38,008 nucleotides of DNA from Chiloscyllium plagiosum (lineage: Eukaryota): assembly GCF_004010195.1 (NCBI RefSeq), contig NW_025214008.1, forward strand, positions 1-38,008, written 5' to 3'. This document shows, piece by piece, positions 1 to 12,199 of this stretch. Position 1 is the first letter of the stretch, and every line of letters begins with the position of its first letter. The notes below the pieces were generated by a model. That model made no database searches and was not told the origin of the DNA. It worked only from the letters and a program-made list of their open reading frames with translations. The translations under genes and the position numbers were made by a program.

Positions 1-1650
1 ACCTTGTCTATTTACCCTATCCATGCCCCTCATGATTTTATAGACTTCTATAAGGTCACCCCTTTCAAGTTTCACAACACCCTTCCAATAGGAAGGAGAC
101 CAGAACTGCGCACAATATTCTAAAAGTGGCCTAACCAATTTCCTGTACAGCCGCAATATGACTTCCCAATACCTGTACTCAATACCCTGACCAATAAAGA
201 AAAGCATACCAAACACTGCCTTCACTGTCCTATCGTCCTGCGACTCCACTTTCAAGGAGCTATGAACCTGCACTCCAAGGTCTCTTTGTTCAGCGAAGAT
301 TTGCTTTCTCAAAATGCAGCACCTCTCATTTATCTAAATTAAGCTCCATCTGCCACTCCTCAGCCCATTGGCCCATCTGATCAAGATCCCATTGTACTCC
401 AAGGCAACCTTCTTTGCTGTCCACTACACCTCCAATTTTGATGTCACCTGCAAACTGACTAACTATACCTTTTATGCTCATATCCAAATCATTTATGTAA
501 ATGACAAAAAGTAGAGGACCCAGCACTGATCCTTGTGGCACTCCACTGGTCACAGGCCTCCAGTCTGAAAAACGATCCTCCAACGTCACCCTATGTCTTC
601 TACCTTTGATTCAGTTCTGTATCCAAATGGCGAGTTGTCCCTGTATTCCATGAAACCTTGCTAACCAGTCTTCCATGGGGAACCTTGTCGAATGCTTTAC
701 AGAAGTCCAGATAGATCATGTGTTGCTGGAAAAGCGCAACAGGTCTGGCAGCATCCAAGGAACAGGAGAATCGACATTTTGGGCATAAGCCCTTCTTCAG
801 GAATTGTAGAGGAAGGAAGAGAGCTTCTTCAAGGAAGGCATCCTTGCAAGAGGATTCGCAGTAGGTTAAAATCTTCGAGGAGAAAATGAGGACTGCAGAT
901 GCTGGAGATCAGAGCTGAAAATGTGTTGTTGGAAAAGCGCAGCAGGTCAGGTAGCATCCAAGGAACAGGAGAATGCCCGTAACATCGATTCTCCTGTTCC
1001 TTGGATGCTGCCTGACCTGCTGTGCTTTTCCAGCAACACATTTTTCAGATCTCCAGCATCTGCAGTCCTCACTTTCTCCTCCAGCTAGATCATGTCCACC
1101 GCTCTGCTCTAATCAATCTTTTTCAAAAAAACTCAAATCAAGTTTGTGAGACATGATTTCCCACACACAAACCCATACTGACTATACCTAATCAGCCCTT
1201 GCCTTTCCAAATCTATGTACATCCTGACCCTCAGGATTCCCTCCAAAAGATTGCCTACCACTGACGTCGGGCTCACTGGTCTATAGTTCCCTGGCATGTC
1301 CTTACAACCCTTCTTAAACAGTGGCACCACGGTGGCCAACCTTCAGTCTTCTAGCACCTCACCTGTGACTATCGATGATACTTTTTTCAGCAAGTGGCCC
1401 AACAATCGCTTCCCAAAGAGTTCTAGGATACACCTGATCAGGTCCTGGGGATTTATCCATTTTTATGCGTTTCAAGACATCCAGCACATCCTCCTCTGTA
1501 ATATGGACATTTTTCGAGATGTCACCATCTATTTCCCTACAGTCTATATCTTCCATGTCCTTTTCTACAGTAAACACTGTTGCAAAATACTCATTTAGTA
1601 TCTTCCCCCATCTGCTGCGGCTCCACACAAAGGCTGCCTTGCTGATCTTT
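1..1650 (-). mobile_element. CR1-clade LINE ORF2 (reverse transcriptase) fragment, disrupted, interrupted by a Penelope-like insert at 722-1085
   Basis: Minus-strand translations give CR1 RT motifs: DKSPGPDQVYPRTLWEA (ORF 1359-1709), VVPLFKKGCKDMPGNYRPVS...QYGFVCGKSCLTNLI (1133-1339), WRPVTSGVPQGSVLGPLLFVIYINDLD...FAGDIKIGG (326-589, degenerate FADD). Frameshifts lie between the blocks. Confidence 0.93.
722..1085. mobile_element. Penelope-like element terminal (pseudo-LTR) fragment with direct and inverted copies, flanked by a 10-bp target-site duplication
   Basis: TAGATCATGT at 712-721 and 1086-1095. Direct repeat ~719-771 / ~922-974. Inverted repeat ~877-974 / ~988-1082. Hammerhead-like core on minus at ~771-803 (CTGAAGA-A-GGGC-TTAT-GCCC-aAAA). 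Confidence 0.85.
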
Positions 1651-1659
1651 GCCGAGCCA

Positions 1660-2090
1660 ATTGATGGCCCAATCCCAGAAATGAATACCAACAAAACTGA
1701 AACTCTCAATGTTCATGCCCGCTTTACTTCCTCTATACAACTCGCGCTCCCATCCAACACATTCAGCAATCCAATTTGTGATTAGCTATGGCTCGAGCAT
1801 AAATCTATTTATTACCACTTCGATTTCTATCTGTTACAGAATTCTCAAAGCGTGCCAATATTTCTGGAAATTCTACGTTTCCAGTTTACTTATTCAAATA
1901 TTTTGTAGGAACTTTTTGAACGGATTCTGAACATCCCAATCAAATTCCCTACTCCTACCCTTTTATCTATTCTACTGTTTACAGCCAGAAAAAAAGAAGA
2001 AATCCAATAGGGTTTGTAAAACAAAACATTGCTTTCACAACAACTTGCCTGGCCCAGGTAGACGACTGGTTGATTGTCATCATGCAAAGA
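1660..2090 (-). mobile_element. Highly decayed CR1 LINE RT fragment
   Basis: Antisense residual similarity to the CR1 RT segment from the QHGF/GRSCLTN motif to the RGIEG-type region (ORF 1890-2087 reads GQASCCESNVLF). Confidence 0.55.
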
Positions 2091-2094
2091 GTTT

Positions 2095-3085
2095 GTATAA
2101 ATAGGTCTTTTTCAGGATGGCTGCTGGCGACCAGAGGAGTTCCACTGTGGTCAAGTGAAGCGAAGTTTGTGTCATCTGCAATGAGAAGCAGGGGCATTTA
2201 GTGTTGAGGTAAAGGGAACGGTGCAGAAAGCCAGGCGAAGACATTGGGCAAAGAAGTGGCTGAACGAAATAGAACGGGGGAAATTGTTAGATTGTGCACT
2301 TTGGTACCAAGAGCAAAAGTGAAGATTCTTTTGAAAATTGGAAAAGATTTGAAGCAGAAAGAGAGTGAGGAGTGCTAGCTAATCATGATTATCTTCGGCA
2401 TAACATACAGGTTCAGTTTTCTTTGTCAGAAGGCTGGAGAATTCTTTCGCATTATTTTCACAAAGACTAGCATATAAGAGCGAAAATGTACAGCTGAGAC
2501 TATGTTAGGCTGTAGTCAGGTTGTTTATTTTTCGAATATTAAAAGTTGCTTAAAGTCCCAAACCGAAGGAAGGAATTGCTTGACTTTGTGGGAGATGCAG
2601 TGGAGGTTCACACGAAAGGCTCCGGGGTGGAGTGCTTGACATATGATGAGCAGTTAGGGTTTATTGGTCTATTTTCGATGGAGTTTATAAGGATGCGTCA
2701 GGGTCTCATTCAATCTCTCAAAATACAAATATTTAAGAATAGTTTTGATGCGGGCAAGGCAGTTTCACTCGGAGGAGAAAATAAGACCCAAAGCCCCAGT
2801 CTCATAGTGAAAGGATGACCAGTTAGAGCTAAGATGAGCAGGATTCATAGAGTGGCATAGTGTGTTAAATCTGTGGAACTCATTGCTACAGAGGGCTGCG
2901 GAGGCCAAATCATTGAGTGAATTGAAGACAGAGATCTATAGTTTCCTGATGAGTCAGTGGATCAAGGATTATGGGGAGACGCCGAGAGAATGTTGTTGAG
3001 TTACGTATCATCCATCATATAGTGGTAGTGCGGACTCGACGGACAAATGCCCATTTCTACCGCTATTTTTATTGCCTTATGGGCG
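2095..3085 (+). mobile_element. Decayed CR1 LINE 3' half including 3' UTR
   Basis: TTTTCAGGATGGCTGCTGGCGACCAGAGGAGTTCCAC (FSGW..TRGVP) at ~2110; LTYDEQLGFIGLFSMEFIRMRQGLI (ORF 2546-2818); CR1-type 3' end near 2930-3085. Confidence 0.75.
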
Positions 3086-3179
3086 ATTATTCTTCAATTG
3101 GTTTCGACGTGTGCAGATATCATTCTGATATATCATACATTGCAGCATGTTCCTCAATATTGTTGTTATCTCTCAGTTT

Positions 3180-3640
3180 CAGATCGACTACATAAAGCTG
3201 CACCTTGTGTGTGAATAACAGAAACGTGGCGTACACGTTATGCCAGTCATAGAGAAGGCAAAAGGAATAGTGACATTGATTTAAAGAGGAATGAAGATTA
3301 AACATTGGCAAGTATTGCAATAACTACAGAAGGCACGATTCAGCCCACACTGCGAATACTGTCAGCAGGTTGGTTTCCTTTGAAGACGGAAAATCTTCTT
3401 GCACGACAGGCAGTCCAGAGATGTCTCACGTGATTGATCCTCAGGGTGGAAAGATGTTCATGAGATAAGTAGGAGAAGATTGAACTTGAACTCATTCGAA
3501 TTTCAAATATTGAGAAGTGAATTGGTTGATACATTCAAGATTCGTTGAACGATTTACAAAGTCGATGCTAAGAGCTAGATACCCTGACCACGAATCTGGA
3601 ACGGGAGGGCATGAAATCACAGGCATGGCTCACACAATCA
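3180..3640 (+). mobile_element. Decayed CR1 LINE ORF2 C-terminal fragment
   Basis: CAGCCCACACTGCGAATACTGTCAGCAGGTTGGTTTCCT (RPHLEYC.Q.W.P-like) at ~3341 and GCAGTCCAGAGATG (AVQR) at ~3410. Confidence 0.65.
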
Positions 3641-3659
3641 AGGAAATAAGCAGTTAAAG

Positions 3660-4340
3660 GAGGAATGCAGGCACTGAAGAAGATTACAGAAAAGCAGGTA
3701 TTGTAGAGATGGTAGTATGCTACTGAATTGATGATATTGAACATAAATGGGTCGAGATTAGGTGTTTTCAGGGTCTGAAGATGTCATACGGTTGTGCAGG
3801 GTTGTTGGTACAACAGGAGATGCAGAGATCGTGATGGCTATAGGGCATTTAGATGGCACTGTTATGGGTGGTATTTACAACTGTAGAAGTTTACAGAGAT
3901 AGGGAGAGTTGCAATGACTGGAGATTACATAGATAAAGGTGGCATTTGGAGCTGCAGGTGTTACTATGTTCGAGAGGATTGATGGGAATGGATCAGTTTA
4001 CCGAGCCAGAGAGAAGTGTGGGGATTGGAGGAGCCAGAGTTACAGAATTGTAGGGATGCAGCAGTTCAGCGAGTTATTGAGGCTGTCAAAGAAGGTTTGC
4101 AGCATTTCCAGTAGGGATAGACAGATGTGAAGTGCTGGTCTGGAGGAGGTTTCAGAAATCGAGAGCGTTTCAGATGCAGGAACATAGGACAAAGGCAGTG
4201 AGCTGTAACAGTTGACGAGATTACAGGGACAGGGTGCATTGAGGGATTGGAGGCTGGTATAGGAATTTTTAAAATGTTGCAAATGATCAATAACTTTACA
4301 TCAATAAAGAGGATATGAAGGTTTGGAGATCGAGCATGGG
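3660..4340 (+). repeat. Degenerate ~35-38 bp tandem repeat array (consensus ~GGACTGGAGGAGGTTACAGAGATAGGGAGGGTTGTAG)
   Basis: Recurring TTACAGAGATAGG / CTGGAGGAG motifs, e.g. GTTTACAGAGATAGGGAGAGTTGCAATGACTGGAGATTACATAGATAAAGG at ~3889-3939. Confidence 0.8.
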
Positions 4341-5419
4341 AATTGGAGTGACAGGATAAGATCTGTTTGAAAAGGGCTCCCATATCAAGTGGAGAAGGGA
4401 ATATTCATTGTTCTAAATGACCATCTTGTACTTAACATTTGTTTCTACACACTTCTTGGAATTTGCTGAGATAACAAGAAACACGATCGCTAGAGATTGA
4501 AGGAGCTAAAAGACTAAGGCCAAGCTGTACGGCATAGCGCTGCTTAGATGTTCTTCAGCTGGAGGGATTTACCATGAGGGTGTATTATAGGGATTGGAAA
4601 ACGGAACAGGCTCAATGAATGAAAGTGAAATGCTGATTGACACATGGTCAAACAGAAATGGAAGATGCCAGGCTCCACGCCTACCATTTACTTAGTGACT
4701 TGCTCTCACCGAGCCTGGTGCCAAGCTGCAGATACGAACAGCATGAATTTTCCAGGTCCTGCTGCTCAGACCCCAGTGTACGAATCTCTGAGCAACTCGG
4801 TGCGATATAAACAGATTGGTATTTATATTATTACAGACTGTCCACAATTACATTTGCCTAGCAAAGGGCTTAAGATACACACTACTTAATTCACATGGGG
4901 GCGAACTCAACCAAGCAAACAAACGCTGCTCCTGGATTCCTTTGTGATACAAACCTATTAAAAATAATCTGAGGAAATCAACAGAATGCATGTAACCGCA
5001 CTGCATGAGTCAGATTCATGGCTGAAGATTTCTTTCTCTATAATTGGAAACTGAATCTTGCTTCACTCAAAACTAACACTTAACATTAATGGAAAAATAA
5101 TATTCCAAACTAAGGCTTTGATAAGTTGAACTCTGGTCAGCCGTTTAGATCTGGATTGTACCAGATGCACAGAGATGTTTTCTATCAGAGCAGCATCAGA
5201 GAGCTGGCAGGCACACAGACAGAATGGACAAATACATTCATTTCTAAACTCATATCTCCCAGCCTCGGTACCGGAAGGTCTGTTCAGCCTTTCTCCTAAT
5301 GAGCTCCAGATTCAGCTCAGCAAGATCCCAGAATCATGCAATTCCTGAGACAAACCTTTTCCACGAGAATCCGACCACCCCACCCTTGATTTGATCAGAA
5401 AATCCTCAATTTAAATTGT

Positions 5420-8400
5420 AACTTCCCGCTGCTTTTACAATTCTTTCGACCTCGGTTCCATCATACAGATTCTACGTTTCCTCATATGTCTAACATCCTG
5501 CAGGATCCATGTCTTTTCTTGCATTTGCATACTTTTCCCATTTGTACAATATTACCGACATCTTTAACATGCCTCAGATTCTAGACCGCATCCTACCTTT
5601 GAACTGATCCCGGTACACCATTGGAGCCAAGTAGAAGTAACCAAGATAGCGACGGCGTGCAATGGCAGCAAGAAATTTCAGGAAACTGGAAGGTGTGGTG
5701 TCTGAAGGAGGTTTCACAAGCAGGAATGGTTTTCAGGAGTGGAGACATTTACACAGAAAGTATGACATCTCTCATCTCGATCAGACTCCTCAGATGGGGA
5801 GAGATGTAGGGACTGGAGGCGGTTTCAAAACTAGGTAGAATCATTGGACACAATGAGGTTACAGACTTTTGCACAGCTGTAGTGGTTGCAGACGTTCACG
5901 GAGATTAGTGGGTTGGGACGGCAGGAGCACTTTACTAAGAAAAGGATTTTGTAGAAACGGGAGAGGTTTACACAGACAGGGATATCATATGGACTGGTGA
6001 ACGATACAGCGTAATAGAGGTTTGTTCGAAATGGAGGAAATTACTTATATGGTGGGTACAATGACTGAAGACCTTTACAGATGACGAAAGGCCTAACCTC
6101 AGAACATTGCAGTGGGAGGAAGGTTGTCGAGACTAGCACAGTTTACAGAGGTAGGAGCAGCAACAGGGGAACATTGCACAAACTGGATGAGTTTCCTGAG
6201 GTAGTGAGGAATGCATGAGAGTGTGACGTTTCCACACATAGGGTTATAAGAGCTGTAGAAGATTGTGCAGTAGATGGACAGAGAGGCTGGCGGAGCTTAC
6301 ATTGTCAGGGTGATTGATAGCGACAGTATGATGTCACGTAGATATTAAGTTTGTTGAAACTGGATCTAGACAGTCACAGGCATTTCAGTGGGTTCCACAG
6401 ATGGAGAGTGCTGCTGGAACTGAGCGCATTACAAAAATAAGGTCGAGTGTAATGTCTCCACTTCTTTAGAGGGTTTCAGACGAGTGGTGTTGAGACAGAT
6501 AGGGGGGATGTAGGAGCGGCAGGCGTTTACAGAGATAGGGAAGTTTGGTCGGTTTGGAACAGTTTATGGAGAGAGGGGGATTTTTCGGGTCAGTAACAGG
6601 GAGCACAGAAGCAGAGTTGCAGACTTACACAAAGAAAGAGTGTTAAAGGCGCTGTTTTACAAAGAATGAGAGGAATCTAGCTACTGTAGGAATAAACAAA
6701 GGCATGGAGTGTTGTAGTGTTTGGAAGAAATGTACGGATCCACGAGAGACATATCGGGTATAAGAGGAGGTTCGTGACACTGTTGTCTGCAGAGGCTGTG
6801 GGGACTGAAGTATGCATGAGAGTCGGGAGTGATGTCGGAGCCTAACGAGTTTACAGAGTTTTAAGGGACTTGAGGTGCTTACACAGGTAGCGGTTTGAAG
6901 TGATAAGAGTTCTTTACAGTGATAAAAATTGAAGGGACTGGGGGAGTTTACAGCGATGGAGATTTGAAGGGACTGGATGGGTTAACAGAGATAGGAGTTT
7001 GAGGAGACTGGAAGTTTTTACAGAAATAGGGGTTTCAAGGCTCTGGAGGTCTTTACGCATGTAAGGAGAGCTATAACTGTTGCAGATTGCAGAAACAAAG
7101 TGAACTGATGAACTCGAAGATCATAAAGACGGCAGGTTTCTCGAAGCAGCATAGAATATCAGAAATAGAGCAGATTATGATTTTGGAAGATGTGTGAGTT
7201 TTGGGACGACGTCACACAGGCACAGTCAAGATTAGAGGCAGAGAAAATGATGAGAAGAACACACAAACGTAAGACGCTGTATGATATCATATTACAGAGG
7301 TAGGAGGGATTTACTGATTGCAGGAGGCTGCAGTGATATAGAGGGTGAGAGTGACTGCAGGATGTTACAGACATCAGGAAATCTCTTCAGTCCGGTCAAG
7401 GTTGATGAGATATGGAGATGTATTCAGCCTGAATATGGTCACAGAGAATTGCAGTGTCGGAGAGTCTAGATAAAAAGTATTGAGGTGTGTCGGGTTTTGT
7501 GTAGGTTACTGTGACAAGAAGAATTGTCAGACTGGTGTTCATGATAGAAATACATATTGTGGTCCTCTCTAGAAGAGGTGATCTAAAACGTTTTATAATG
7601 ACTCAAGGAAATTACACGCATAGGGAAGGAAGTAGTAACATGAGTACTTAACAATGCAGTCGTACTTTTGTAGAATTTAAGACGTAGAAATGAAATGACC
7701 TGACATGGCGGGCAAGAGGGATTCGCTGGTGCACAGATACAGGGAAGAGCTGTATGAGGCTACTGAAATTGTTAGTCTTTTGTGGCAGGGATGGTTACAT
7801 CAATAGACAGGGCTTTGGAACGTCAAAAATGTTAAAAAGATAAGGAAGCTTCCCAGGTCTGGAAGAGATTGGACAGATAAGGATGGCTCAAGGGCCTGTA
7901 CATGTTTGGACAGATAGGAATGCCTGTATTAGCTGAGAATGAATACATTGATTGTGAAGGATTTCGGTATTAAAGATTAATAGACAGGCATGAATGGTTC
8001 AATTCGTCAGACGAGCTAAAGTGATAAGGACTGTTGCAGCCGTTCTCATGGATGGGAAATGTTCTATAACCTGGAATTTACATTGACATAGATGTTAATA
8101 GGAATTCAATAAACCGACAGACGTAGCGATAATTCGATAGATTAGAGGAATCAACAAACAGAGGGAGGATTATAGGGAGTTGGGGCGGTTATAGATTTGC
8201 GAGTTTCAAAACGGGCTAATGAGTAAGTGGAGAGACTATATGACCAGTTAAATGTCTTTGGTTTCACAAAGTTCGCATGAAATGCTAAATAAAAATTCCA
8301 ATTCAATAAATCCGAGGTAGAAAGACGTTGAGGTTGGAACTTGGGAAATAAATAGTGATGTGTTGAAAAGAGTTGAAAATAGAGAGCAGGAGGTACTGGA

Positions 8401-8430
8401 GGTCCAAACGTAAATGTAGACAAAACCTTC
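5420..8430 (+). repeat. Long degenerate ~35-38 bp tandem array; the first ~180 bp are in inverted orientation
   Basis: Local period of 35 seen directly: GAAGGGACTGG 6931, GAAGGGACTGG 6966, GAGGAGACTGG 7001, CAAGGCTCTGG 7036. Strongly G/A-rich plus strand from ~5620. Confidence 0.85.
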
Positions 8431-8434
8431 GAAC

Positions 8435-8700
8435 TTGATGAGGTGTAACCCAGGACATTTTTCATCGGATGAATTCATTCCTGTCTCCAGCAAGAACAAC
8501 GGTTTTCATTTTGGTGGTGGCCCAGATATTGAGCCCTCAGCTGAGAACTTCAGTGTCTTCCAGTTGAAAGGTGTGGTCTATTTTGGTGCAGTTTTCAGCT
8601 TTTGTGCCAGTGGGGTCATTGGATACTGCTCGCAAAGTCAAGCAGATACGATGAAAACAGCTGAATGTATACTAAGCAACTATCCACAAATAGTGACGTT
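8435..8700 (-). mobile_element. Penelope-like element ORF N-terminal fragment (decayed)
   Basis: Minus-strand translation IDHTFQLEDTEVLS*GLNIWATTKMKTVVLAGDRNEFIR* resembles the 'EVLSRGLNF' motif upstream of the RT in Penelope ORFs. Confidence 0.55.
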
Positions 8701-8710
8701 ACTTCCAAGT

Positions 8711-9250
8711 CATAGGACATAGAATATAGAACATTTCAGCGCAGTGCAGTCCCTCCAGTCAACGATATTACGTCGACCAGTGAACCAAAACGAAACCCAT
8801 CTAATCTGCAATATTCCATTCTTGTCCATGCCTATAAAAGTACCATTTAAATGCTCTTCAATTTGGCGAGTCTACTACTGTTGCAGGCAGTGTGTTCCAT
8901 CCCTCTCCTAAACTATGAGAAAATAAATTACCTCTGACATCTGCTGCATGTATGTCACTCCTCAGTTCAAAGCTATACCACCTCCTGCCAGCCATCGCCA
9001 TCCGATGAGAAATGCTCTCACAGTCCAACCTATCTAACCCTCCAATTATCATATATGTCACAATTAAGCCGTCTCTCGCCCTTCTTCTCTAACGAAAGAA
9101 GCCTTACGTGCCTAATCCTTTCCTGCTAAGACCCTCCCTCTAGAATAGGCAACATCTTAGTGAATCAACTCTGATCCTTTTCCAAAACTTACACATCCGT
9201 CCTATAATGTGTTGGCTAGAACTGTATGCAATACTCCAAATGTGGTCACA
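8711..9250 (-). mobile_element. CR1 LINE 3' end fragment
   Basis: ORF 8858-9061 YMIIGGLDRLD...DVRGNLFSHSLGEGWNTLPATVV; AGAACTGTATGCAATACTCCAAATGTGGTC (antisense of RPHLEYCIQF) at ~9219; CATAGAATATAGAACA tail at ~8718. Confidence 0.85.
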
Positions 9251-9254
9251 ACAG

Positions 9255-10470
9255 GATGGAGAGTGGGACACTTTAATGATCAGGGGCATTCGGCCTCGGA
9301 TCTTCAAATGACAATCCTTCAAGGGGAACTTCGGTACTTGCAACAATGCACAGTGGCTGAGCAGAGGCTGATAGCCCATCTCAACCAATGGCCTCAGTCA
9401 AGTATTCGCGTTCCTGGCATACGCGAGGTTATCCGACTGCACTGTACACACTCTCTCATGCACACCCGAACACAAATATATACAAACTCCAACATACCCA
9501 CGCAGACCCGCTTTCACACGCGTGCTTTCTCTCATACACATTATAACAAACGTTTACAGTGTCATGCACCTGAAATGATCAATTGAACAAACGAAGATTG
9601 CATTTCAATATTTGATATTTTGGAATGGGTGGCAGTTTCGATTCATTAATATGTAAATTCCAGAACTCCTTTGATGTTACATTCTCGAGATATCTTTCAA
9701 AGGTTTACCAAAAAAATGCATTTAATCTCACCTCAGACAATGCATTTGAAGTGTGAGCTTAAAGTCTGCCTGTCTCCCAAACTTGATTCAGACCGTTTTA
9801 TTTCTATCGGAGGAATGCATGAAAAAATATAATTCATGAATTGACTGCCTGCGTAGACTGTCTATAGATTATGCGCTTTTTGACCAATTAGAATATATCT
9901 GCAAACATAATCCTGCGAATGCCAATTCGCCCCACAGACCTATATGTATTCGTGTGCATGAGAGAAAGAGGTAGTGGCTGTGCGCATATGAGTGTGCGCT
10001 TGTGAGTGTGACTAAACTTGAGACTGTGTATTTTCGTTTGTGCATGCACACTAAAGTGTGTGTGAGTGTGACGGACTACAAGCATGTGAAGTGTATGTGC
10101 ATGTTTGTGATTGTGGGGTATATGTTTAGGAGCTTCTAAGCTCACACTTCAAACGCATTGTGTGAGATAAAATTAAACGTTTTTTTTCGGAAACTTTTGG
10201 AAGTTATCTCGAGAATGTAACTTTAAAGGAGTTCTGGAATTTACATATTAATGAACCGAAACGTGCCACCCATTCAAAAATATCAAAGATTGAAATGCAA
10301 TCTAGGTTTGTTCAATGGATCTTTTCAGGTGTATGACACTGTAAACGTTTGCTATAATTGTATATTAGAACCCTGCTCCACGCTACCTGATGAAGGATCC
10401 ACGTTTTTAAACTCGTGATTCCCAATGGACCTGTTGGACTATGACCTGGTGTTGTATAACATTGAACTTT
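9255..10470. mobile_element. Penelope-like element 3' region (GIY-YIG domain tail plus 3' UTR) with internal inverted duplication
   Basis: ORF 9209-9586 contains VGHFNDQGHSASDLQMTILQGELRYLQQCTVAEQRLIAHL. CA-rich tract 9440-9540 is mirrored by TG-rich tract 9950-10125. Inverted repeat ~9541-9761 / ~10137-10357. Terminus CCTGATGAAGG...CCTGTTGGACTATGACCTGGTGTTG at 10387-10454. Confidence 0.85.
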
Positions 10471-10479
10471 AATGGAAAA

Positions 10480-12160
10480 GGTCACTTTGGCACAAAGCGT
10501 GCTCGGAAGAGTTTGATCGACTGAAGAGGAGGTCGCAGAGAACGCATTCTGGGAAAAGGAGCAGTTTACAGACACATGGGACGGTTATAATGTTTGGAAT
10601 GACCTATACAGATGTGGTGTAAGGCTGGAGAGAAGTCATGATAAAGAATTTAGTCAGGACTCTAATAATTTATTGGTATAAAGGAGAACTGAAGATGTTA
10701 CAGTCAAGGGATGTTTAAGAAATTCAGTTTACTTTACAGAAATACACATGTTTGCAGGAGGTTACAGTGATCAGGAGTGTTGCAACAGATGGCGAAGGCT
10801 ACATTTAAAGGGAGACTTCTAAAGACAGGAACAGCTAACAATCATATGGATATTTGTAAGGACTGGAGAAGCTTAAATAGGCATGGAGTGTTTTGGAGAG
10901 TGTAGGGGTTTATGGGGATAAAGAGAAGACTCTGGATGAGACATAGTTCAGTAGAGATGGAAAGCAGAGATGGAGGAAGATCTAAGTAGAATTCAGATGG
11001 TTTGTCAATAGTCCATTCGGCCCATTCCGACAGATTCGAACTAGTGTACACAAATCATCGAACGAGCATCTCACCCTGACCTATCCCCGTACCTATCCAT
11101 GTAACCCTCTATTTCTCATGTTAACATAGCTCACCCTACATATCCCTGAACAGTATAGGCAACTACGTATGGCCAATCAACCTAACTTGCATTCGTTAGA
11201 ACAATGGAAAGAAATGCAGCCACCATAAGTCAGCCATACAGGCACGGGAAGAATATGCGAATTCTACACAGACTGTCGGTTGAATCGAACCAAGTGTGGG
11301 GCTGCAGAGTTAAACCCTGAGCCACAATGTCACCCCTACATTCGATTATACAGAGCATTACAGATATTGAATCAAGTCAGTGAATAAACGAAGTCTGTTG
11401 CAACTGGAGGGGGATAACGTCAGAGTGCGCTGTAGGAAATTGAGAAGGATACATACATGGTACTGATCAGAAGGACTTGCCTAGGTTACAGTAACAGGGA
11501 GGGCGATAGAAGCTCTCAAATTACCGCGGTGGCATGTTTGTCGAGATTGGATGAAGTTAACAATCCACAGAGTTGAAGACAGTCGATTAAGTTGTGGAGT
11601 TAGCAAGTGTTCATTTGGCTGGTGGAGGTTACGTGCAGAGAGAGTTAACATGAATGGAAGTTGTTAGATCAATCAAGAGGATGCTAAATACTCACGATTG
11701 GTGTTAGTGGCTTCAGCATGATCGAGAGTTCAGGAGGCAAGTTGTAACCGGAGGTACGCAAACATACGTGACATTATACTGACGGAAGTACTCACTGAGA
11801 TAGAGATCGAGATTAGGTGAGAATATAGACATTGAGAGGGTTCAACTTGGTACATAACGTTACAGAAATTGTGATTTGATAGACAGGCTTTAGTTACAAG
11901 AGGAATTTGTACAGATTGGCTGACTGGTTGAAAGTTGGAGGAAATAAGCTGCTGTAGGATAGGCTGTAGGGGCTCGAGAACATTAAAGTGATAATATGAA
12001 CTGTAGAGACTGGAGGTAGGTTACCATGGAGAAGCCAGTTGGGGCTGGGGAATGTTATGGACTGGACGGGTTGTAGGTAGTGGATAACATGACAGAGATA
12101 ATGATATTTTAGTTTTTGAGAGAAATTCATTGACTGTAGTTCTCTCAGTTTCAAAATCGT
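10480..12160 (+). repeat. Continuation of the degenerate ~35-38 bp array, interrupted by a SINE at ~10988-11337
   Basis: Same motif, e.g. TGTAGAGACTGGAGGTAGGTTACCATGGAG ~12002 and TTTGTAAGGACTGGAGAAGCTTAAATAGG ~10853. Confidence 0.75.
10988..11337 (-). mobile_element. HE1-like tRNA-derived SINE (decayed)
   Basis: Antisense match to the SINE at 19838-20143: CCATTCGGCCCA tail, ATGGCCAATCAACCTAACTTGC, CTGAGCCAC (antisense A box). Confidence 0.75.
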
Positions 12161-12199
12161 TGCAGAAATAAATGATGATAATTAAACGCATAAATTTGG

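Noticed and set aside
4680..4830. Minus-strand peptide CSEIRTLGSEQQDLENSCCSYLQ, faintly like an NLR leucine-rich repeat
   Set aside because: It is bounded by stops, has no splice signals and does not keep the LxxLxLxxN spacing.
5620..8430. CRISPR-like array, given a 35-38 bp periodicity
   Set aside because: Units are contiguous and degenerate with no unique spacers, there are no cas genes, and the DNA is vertebrate.
8435..8722. Plus-strand 95-aa ORF as a host exon
   Set aside because: The opposite strand resembles a Penelope ORF motif; no recognisable domain on plus.
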